The notes below the pieces were generated by a model that worked only from the letters and a program-made list of their open reading frames with translations, was not told the origin of the DNA and did not search any database. A stretch of DNA of 64,000 nt from NCBI GenBank assembly GCA_039028615.1, contig JBCCHT010000016.1, positions 32,001 through 96,000 of the forward strand, given 5' to 3'. Each line of letters starts with the position of its first letter. Within the stretch, counting starts at the first letter, position 1. Below, piece after piece: positions 58,677-64,000 of the stretch. The stretch is from Myxococcota bacterium. GTDB lineage: Bacteria > Myxococcota_A > Polyangia > Nannocystales > Nannocystaceae. The translations under genes were made by a program, and so were the position numbers.

Positions 58677-60176
58677 TCAGGCGCGGGGGTACAGCAGCAG
58701 CCCGGTGTGGACTGGGCGGACCGAGTCCTTGGCCTTGCCCGCCGCGACGATCTCGGTGCTCGCCAGGTCGAGGGCTCTGCCGTGGACCACCATGCGCTTG
58801 GAAGAGCCGCCGTCGAGGTTGGTGGCCTCCGTGCATCCCAGCGCCTGCAGCAGCCGAGCGACGCCGTGCAGCGTCATGCCCAAGGCGCGGTCGAAGTTGC
58901 GGCCGTCGATCGCGGCGAGGAGCAGATGACCCTCGGGGGTCGAACCGGCGGCCAGCCGCGGCAGCAGGTTTCGATCGCCGGTCTCGTCCTGGGAGAAGGT
59001 GACCGGCGGCGCCGAGCCCCAAAAATCCTCGCGACGCATGTCGAGCGCGAGCTCACCGTTGTGAAGCAGGACCGGGCCCCCGGCGATGCCCGCTCGGATG
59101 GGTCCGTGGGGCCCCGCGACCTCCGGGTAGGTGACGCGGTCTCCCGCCTGGAGCGAGAGTCCCGAGGGCAGGGGAACGACGAAGCCATTGAGGGGCACGG
59201 GCAGCAAGCGCCCGACCGCGACCACTTCGTGTCCGACGATCGCGGCGCTGGGCGTGTCGGGTCCGACGGAGGCCCGCGCCCGGTGCATCGCGCCCGTGGG
59301 CGTGAAGCGAGTCCCGTCGGGGGTCTGCATCCGTACGTGCGACAGACCCACGCGACCGATGCTCGTGGTCCCCGTGGGGCTGATGAGCACGGCGCCGCGC
59401 TCGAACACGGGCGGCGAGCGAACCTCACCGTCCTCCATGAGCAAACCGACCGGATCATGGCGGCGCGAGGGCGCTTCGATGTCCGGCTCGGAGTACAGGA
59501 AGAAGCCCCCCGAGATGCCCGCGGCGGCTCCACGGTCCTGCACGTGCGTGGCGAAGTCGATGCCTCGGGCGACGGCGGGCCGGCAGTCCTCGACGCGCAG
59601 CCGTACCGTCCCTGGGTCGACCCGCAGCAGGTTCACGTGCAGCGGTCCCAGGTCGCTCGCTCCCTCGAGCCGGGCATGGGCGAGTCCATCGGCGACCGGG
59701 GCCCACTCGACTCGACCCGCGAGATCTTCGAGCGACAGCCCCGCGCCACCGCGTCGTCGGTGCCGATGCAGCCCGGTGATGCTGTAGTAGAAATCGGCGA
59801 GCGCTCGGATGCGGATGGCTCGACCGGAGGGCGAACGCAAGATCCCTCGCGCTCGCAACCGCAGCCCGACTCGCAGGACCCGACCGGTGTCGTCGCCCAG
59901 CGCCGCGATGGACTCGTCCACGGCGCCCAGGCGCCGGGCGAACAGCTCGGCCTGGGGGCGGTCGACCTCGTGGAGGTGGTCGGCGACGGCTTCCAGCGGT
60001 TCGTTCAGGCAGTGTTGCTCCAGGGCGTCGAAGCTGTCGTCCCACGGGCCTTCGGGCGGAGCGGGAGGCCCCCCGCGCGGGTGGGGCCCGGCAAAGCAAC
60101 GGAGCACTCCGAGCACGTCGTCGCTCAGTCCGCGACTTCGGCCGAACTCCATCGCGACCTCGAGCCAGCTCGGCAC
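58677..60176 (-). CDS. phosphodiester glycosidase (NAGPA) family protein with N-terminal extension
   Basis: SGGFF, GGPVLL, PRLAAG, IDGR...GMTL, NLDGGSS. Confidence 0.85.
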   Translation of the reverse strand: MPSWLEVAMEFGRSRGLSDDVLGVLRCFAGPHPRGGPPAPPEGPWDDSFDALEQHCLNEPLEAVADHLHEVDRPQAELFARRLGAVDESIAALGDDTGRVLRVGLRLRARGILRSPSGRAIRIRALADFYYSITGLHRHRRRGGAGLSLEDLAGRVEWAPVADGLAHARLEGASDLGPLHVNLLRVDPGTVRLRVEDCRPAVARGIDFATHVQDRGAAAGISGGFFLYSEPDIEAPSRRHDPVGLLMEDGEVRSPPVFERGAVLISPTGTTSIGRVGLSHVRMQTPDGTRFTPTGAMHRARASVGPDTPSAAIVGHEVVAVGRLLPVPLNGFVVPLPSGLSLQAGDRVTYPEVAGPHGPIRAGIAGGPVLLHNGELALDMRREDFWGSAPPVTFSQDETGDRNLLPRLAAGSTPEGHLLLAAIDGRNFDRALGMTLHGVARLLQALGCTEATNLDGGSSKRMVVHGRALDLASTEIVAAGKAKDSVRPVHTGLLLYPRA

Positions 60177-60247
60177 GGGGGCAGCTTGTCACCGAGGCGG
60201 TCGAGGAGTCGATGTCGCGGTGCGCGCGTGATAGGCTCACGCCCCGC

Positions 60248-60466
60248 ATGAAGGAGCTACGGTTCCATCGCGACCTGTACCCGGGGACGGCGCTCGACGC
60301 CGCGATCAACACCTACGCGTCGTGGGCCGAGATCCAGCGCGAAGAATCGAAGACCCATTGGATCGTAAAGATCTCGGCCGGGAGCACGGCCGCCGAGCGG
60401 CAGATCGCAGGAGAGCTGGCCAACTACGCGTTGGGCCTCACCGTTCGCGAGGGCGCGCCGACATGA
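60248..60466 (+). CDS. HxsD-like His-Xaa-Ser system accessory protein
   Basis: 72 aa, ELRFHRDLY...ALDAA..Y......GELANYAL, recalled as the HxsD pattern; directly upstream of the HxS-repeat gene. Confidence 0.75.
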   Translation: MKELRFHRDLYPGTALDAAINTYASWAEIQREESKTHWIVKISAGSTAAERQIAGELANYALGLTVREGAPT

Positions 60467-60562
60467 GGGCAGCCCCTACGTCGCCTCCATGTAGAGAATT
60501 ACGCGGGCGCAGGTCGCGGACGCGCACAAACGAGCGAACTCGCGCCAGCGACGTTTTCGTTT

Positions 60563-60571
60563 TGGTATGAT
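60563..60571 (+). promoter_or_regulatory. possible extended -10 promoter for the HxS precursor gene
   Basis: TGGTATGAT (TGn-TATGAT) in a T-rich patch ending 22 nt before ATG 60594. Confidence 0.35.
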
Positions 60572-60593
60572 TCGGGCTCGCGGAGATTGAGGC

Positions 60594-60893
60594 ATGACGC
60601 AGGACAAACGCGCTCCTGATGAGAAAAAGGGAACCCAGGACCTCTCCGGGTTGCCTTCATTTTCCCGAGATCCCGCGGCCATGTTGAGTGGGTCGCAACG
60701 ATCCATCTCGCAAAAAGCCAAAGATCACGCGGACGAAAGCTCTCATTTTCCCCTGGGAGAGCAGGACGGCCCCTTGGCTGCGCCAACGCATTGTTCGCAC
60801 GGAAGTCATGGCTCTCATGGAAGCCATGGCAGTCACGGAAGTCATGGAAGCCATGGCAGTCACGGAAGTCATGGTTCCCATGGCAGCTGGTAG
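60594..60893 (+). CDS. His-Xaa-Ser repeat protein (HxsA-like RiPP precursor)
   Basis: 65-aa leader then HCS-(HGS)10-W-stop; RBS GAGG; third codon positions vary while H-G-S is conserved. Confidence 0.88.
   Translation: MTQDKRAPDEKKGTQDLSGLPSFSRDPAAMLSGSQRSISQKAKDHADESSHFPLGEQDGPLAAPTHCSHGSHGSHGSHGSHGSHGSHGSHGSHGSHGSW
60789..60887 (+). repeat. 9-bp tandem repeat, 11 units, encoding H-x-S
   Basis: CA(C/T)-GGN-(AG(C/T)/TCN) units, including an exact 27-bp duplication catggaagccatggcagtcacggaagt. Confidence 0.9.
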
Positions 60894-60922
60894 CTCGTCC
60901 GGTTGGGGCTGACCCACGCCAC

Positions 60923-63130
60923 ATGACCGAGTTCAATCCACCCAACCGACGTCGCACCGATGGCGACGATCTGGTCGAGCTCACCTCCACGAGCTCGGGG
61001 TCGGCTTCGCATGCCCGGCGTCATGTTCCGCCCGAGCCCGAGCGACGATCGCTTCGCCTGCTCATGGTGGGGTCCAAGCCGGAGGACCACAAACGCATCG
61101 TCGAGATGATGCGCAAGGTCGGCAGCCCGCTGGTGTCCGTGGACCACGCGGCCGACGATGCATTGGCCGTCGAGGCCTTGCGTTCGGCGCACTACGACGC
61201 GGTCATCTATCTCGATCGCGAAGATCGACAGAGCTGGTCCCGCTTCGTTCGCGACCGCCGAATCCCCCAGCTTCCCATCCTCTACGTCGACCACGACGGC
61301 CGCCCCATGACCCGGGCCCTGCGACGCTCGCAGGCGCTGCACGAGGGCGCGGCGGTCTACCTCGTCGACGAGGAACTCACCGGGCCTTTGCTCGAGACGG
61401 CCATCCACGGCGCGCTCGAGCACGCCCGGCTACAAAAGGCGATCAACGAGGTCCAGGAGCGCTTCGCCCTGGCCGTACGCGGCTCCAACGACGGCGTGTG
61501 GGAGTGGATGCTCGACTCGGGCGAGATGCACTTCTCTCGGCGCTGGCGCGAGCTGCTGGGCTACGGCGTCGATGAGCTCAAGGGCTCGGCCGAGGAGTGG
61601 TTCGACCGCGTGCACCCGGCCGACCTCATGGGGCTGCGGGCCGACCTCGACAACCACCTGGCGGGGCACAAGGCCTTCCACGAGTTCGAGCATCGCCTGC
61701 GGGCCAGCGACGGCACCTACCGCTGGGTCATCAGCCGCGGCGTGGTCCAGCGCGATGCCGACGGCAGCCCCGTGCGCATGGCGGGCTCGCTCACCGACAC
61801 CTCGAACTATCGGCTGCGCGAGCAGAAGCTGCTCGAAGAGAGCCGCCAGGACCCGCTCACCAACCTCCCGCGCCGCGAGCCCTTCCTCGAGCGCCTGCGC
61901 AACGCCATCGACCTGGCCAACGCCTACGACGACTACTCGTTCACGGTGATGATGGTCGACGTCGATCGCTTCCGCTGGCTGGCCGACAGCATCGGCCATA
62001 GGGCGGCGGAGACGATGCTGTCGATCCTGGCCCGGCGCCTGGTCGCCAGCGTGCGCCCCGGAGACACCGTCAGCCGCTTCGGCGGGGACAAGTTCGCGGT
62101 GCTGCTCGAGAACGTCGACGACCTCGAGCAGGGGGCGCTCATCGCCGAGCGGATCCGTCGCTCGGTCAGCGAGCCCTTCGAGGTCGAAGGCCAGACCGTC
62201 TACACCACGGTGAGCATCGGCCTGACCACAAGCCGCCGCGGGTACCAGGACGCCGAGGACGTCATCAACGACGTCGGCGCGGCCGCGCACAGTGCCAAGG
62301 AAGACGGCCACGACCGCCTGCGGATCTTCGAGACCAAGATGCGCGACGACGCCTTGTCGAGCCTGCGCATGGAGGTCGCGCTGCGCCAGGCGGTCGAGCG
62401 CAACGAGTTCGAGCTTCGCTACCAGCCCATCGTGGCGCTCAGCTCGGGCAAGCTCGCCGGGTTCGAGGCGCTGGTCCGCTGGCGTCACCCTCGACGCGAC
62501 CTGGTCAGCCCCGCCGAGTTCATTCCCATCGCCGAGCAGACCGGGCTCATCGTGCCGCTGGGGCGCTGGGTGCTGCGCGAGGCGGTACGACAGCTGGCCG
62601 ACTGGACCGCGATGCTGCCCAAGGGGCGCCGCCTCACCATGGCGGTGAACCTCAGCGGCCGCCAGGTGGCCGACCCGCGGCTGCTCGAAGAAATCTACTC
62701 GCTCGTCGACGAGCACCAGCTCGGCAAGGGGGCGCTCAAGCTCGAGCTCACCGAGAGCGTGCTGGTGAAGAACGCCGACGTCGTGCAGCGCTTCATCACC
62801 GATCTCAAGACCCGGGGCGTGCACCTGTGGGTCGACGACTTCGGCACCGGCTACTCGTCGCTGAGCTACCTGCACCGATTCCCCGTCGACGGGCTGAAGA
62901 TCGACAAGGCCTTCATCGACGCGCTCGACGGCTCCGACAAGAGCGCGGCCATGGTCCGCACCATCCTCAGCCTCGCCCAGAACCTCGAGGTCGAGGCCAT
63001 CGCCGAGGGCATCGAAGAGCACGTGCAGGCCGACCAGCTGCGCTCGTTGGGCTGCGTGTCGGGGCAGGGCTACTTGTTCAGTAAGCCGATCCCCGCCACC
63101 GAGGTCGAGACGCTCCTCGCCGAAGGCTGA
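60923..63130 (+). CDS. REC-like/PAS/degenerate GGDEF/EAL c-di-GMP phosphodiesterase
   Basis: GSNDGVWEW PAS domain, DPLTNLP, SRFGGDKF, FEALVRW, DDFGTGYSSL, AEGIE, GQGYLFSKP. Confidence 0.92.
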   Translation: MTEFNPPNRRRTDGDDLVELTSTSSGSASHARRHVPPEPERRSLRLLMVGSKPEDHKRIVEMMRKVGSPLVSVDHAADDALAVEALRSAHYDAVIYLDREDRQSWSRFVRDRRIPQLPILYVDHDGRPMTRALRRSQALHEGAAVYLVDEELTGPLLETAIHGALEHARLQKAINEVQERFALAVRGSNDGVWEWMLDSGEMHFSRRWRELLGYGVDELKGSAEEWFDRVHPADLMGLRADLDNHLAGHKAFHEFEHRLRASDGTYRWVISRGVVQRDADGSPVRMAGSLTDTSNYRLREQKLLEESRQDPLTNLPRREPFLERLRNAIDLANAYDDYSFTVMMVDVDRFRWLADSIGHRAAETMLSILARRLVASVRPGDTVSRFGGDKFAVLLENVDDLEQGALIAERIRRSVSEPFEVEGQTVYTTVSIGLTTSRRGYQDAEDVINDVGAAAHSAKEDGHDRLRIFETKMRDDALSSLRMEVALRQAVERNEFELRYQPIVALSSGKLAGFEALVRWRHPRRDLVSPAEFIPIAEQTGLIVPLGRWVLREAVRQLADWTAMLPKGRRLTMAVNLSGRQVADPRLLEEIYSLVDEHQLGKGALKLELTESVLVKNADVVQRFITDLKTRGVHLWVDDFGTGYSSLSYLHRFPVDGLKIDKAFIDALDGSDKSAAMVRTILSLAQNLEVEAIAEGIEEHVQADQLRSLGCVSGQGYLFSKPIPATEVETLLAEG

Positions 63131-63229
63131 TCGCTCGCCGGTCGCCACCGAAGGCTCGTGGCTCGGCGGGCCTGCGCTCGTTGTGCCTTGACATCCCGGG
63201 GCGGTGGCAGAAGATCGATCGAGGTGGGG

Positions 63230-64000
63230 GTGAACGCGAAGCGAGGGCGGGCGGTCGATGACGCCGAGACCATCGACTCGCTGACCACACGGCGCGATGG
63301 TACCGAGCCGGCCTCCCCCGCAGTCGACCCGGTGAATCGGCTTCGAATCGGGCGCTACGTCGTCCTCGCCGTCCACGGCCGCGGGGGCGCAGGGACGGTC
63401 TACGCGGCCTACGACGATCGGCTCGATCGCAAGGTGGCGCTCAAGGTGCTCCAGCCCGGGCGACGCGGCGACGAGGACGAGCAGGCCCGGCTGTGGCGCG
63501 AAGCCCAGGCGATGGCCCAGCTGTCCCATCCCAACGTGGTGACGGTGCACGAAGTCGGGCGCGACGCCGACGGGGTGTTCGTGGCTATGGAGTTTCTGTC
63601 CGGCGAGTCCCTCAATACCTGGCGTAGGAGCGCGAAGCCGGAGCCGCAGCAGGTGCTCGACGTCTACGTGCGGGCGGGGCAGGGCCTGGCGGCCGCGCAT
63701 GCGGTGGGGCTCATCCACCGTGACTTCAAGCCGCACAACGTGGTGCGGACCGACGATGGGGCGGTGAAGGTCCTCGACTTCGGGCTGGCCCGTACCGCGA
63801 CCGAGACCTCGCTCGATGGCACCAACCCGAGGGACATGTCGCTGTCGCTGGCCTCGTCGCTCACGCGCTCGGGGTTGGTCGCGGGGACGCCCGCCTATAT
63901 GTCGCCCGAGCAGCACGAAGGCGGGCTGATCGATGAGCGCTCCGACCAGTACTCGTTCTGCCTGTCGCTGTGGGAGGGGCTGTGTGGGACGCGGCCCTTC
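63230..64000 (+). CDS. Ser/Thr kinase, 3'-truncated by the window end
   Basis: Translated by hand: IGRYVVL..HGRGGAGTVY, VALK, HRDFKPHN, DFG, GTPAYMSPE. Not in the ORF track because it has no stop in the window. Confidence 0.9.
   Translation, partial: MNAKRGRAVDDAETIDSLTTRRDGTEPASPAVDPVNRLRIGRYVVLAVHGRGGAGTVYAAYDDRLDRKVALKVLQPGRRGDEDEQARLWREAQAMAQLSHPNVVTVHEVGRDADGVFVAMEFLSGESLNTWRRSAKPEPQQVLDVYVRAGQGLAAAHAVGLIHRDFKPHNVVRTDDGAVKVLDFGLARTATETSLDGTNPRDMSLSLASSLTRSGLVAGTPAYMSPEQHEGGLIDERSDQYSFCLSLWEGLCGTRPF

Noticed and set aside
60789..60887. 9-bp and 27-bp repeats as a CRISPR array or non-coding VNTR
   Set aside because: There are no unique spacers and no cas genes, and the repeat is coding.
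60791..60922. N-terminal WKPWQSRKS repeats on the 779-aa EAL ORF, and His/Met-rich repeats in other frames (60499-60990 minus, 60657-60917 minus, 60688-60912 plus)
   Set aside because: These are shadows of the HGS repeat. Only the HGS frame is conserved with synonymous variation, and the EAL gene more plausibly starts at ATG 60923.

Overview
High-GC, gene-dense bacterial DNA. The Ser/Thr/Gly-rich and Cys-rich lipoproteins, four TPR-type Ser/Thr kinases and three ECF sigma factors suggest a myxobacterium, probably Nannocystaceae-like (inference). I saw no rRNA, tRNA, CRISPR array or transposase. Many long ORFs in the track are GC-rich shadow frames, and several starts were moved to more plausible codons. 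Main points: (1) Two back-to-back paralogous modules at 7.2-14.6 kb each encode a putative outer-membrane beta-barrel, an ECF sigma, a membrane anti-sigma and a lipoprotein. Each module has its own promoter-like motif upstream of both its sigma gene and its lipoprotein gene. (2) A His-Xaa-Ser (Hxs) RiPP-like precursor (HCS-[HGS]10-W) sits next to an hxsD-like gene at 60.2-60.9 kb with no adjacent maturase, while a tandem double radical-SAM gene lies about 54 kb away. (3) A ThDP enzyme plus atypical KAS-III operon (furanolide/acyloin-type) has an upstream Fur-box-like site. (4) An FGGY kinase is translationally coupled to a sphingosine-1-phosphate-lyase-like gene. (5) A short P-x-F-D-x-G motif is shared by four lipoproteins with three kinds of catalytic or binding domain. 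(6) Several proteins have eukaryote-like domains (saposin/halocin-C8-like, fascin-like, LRR, FG-GAP, FCP1). All family calls come from reading motifs by eye; no database searches were run.
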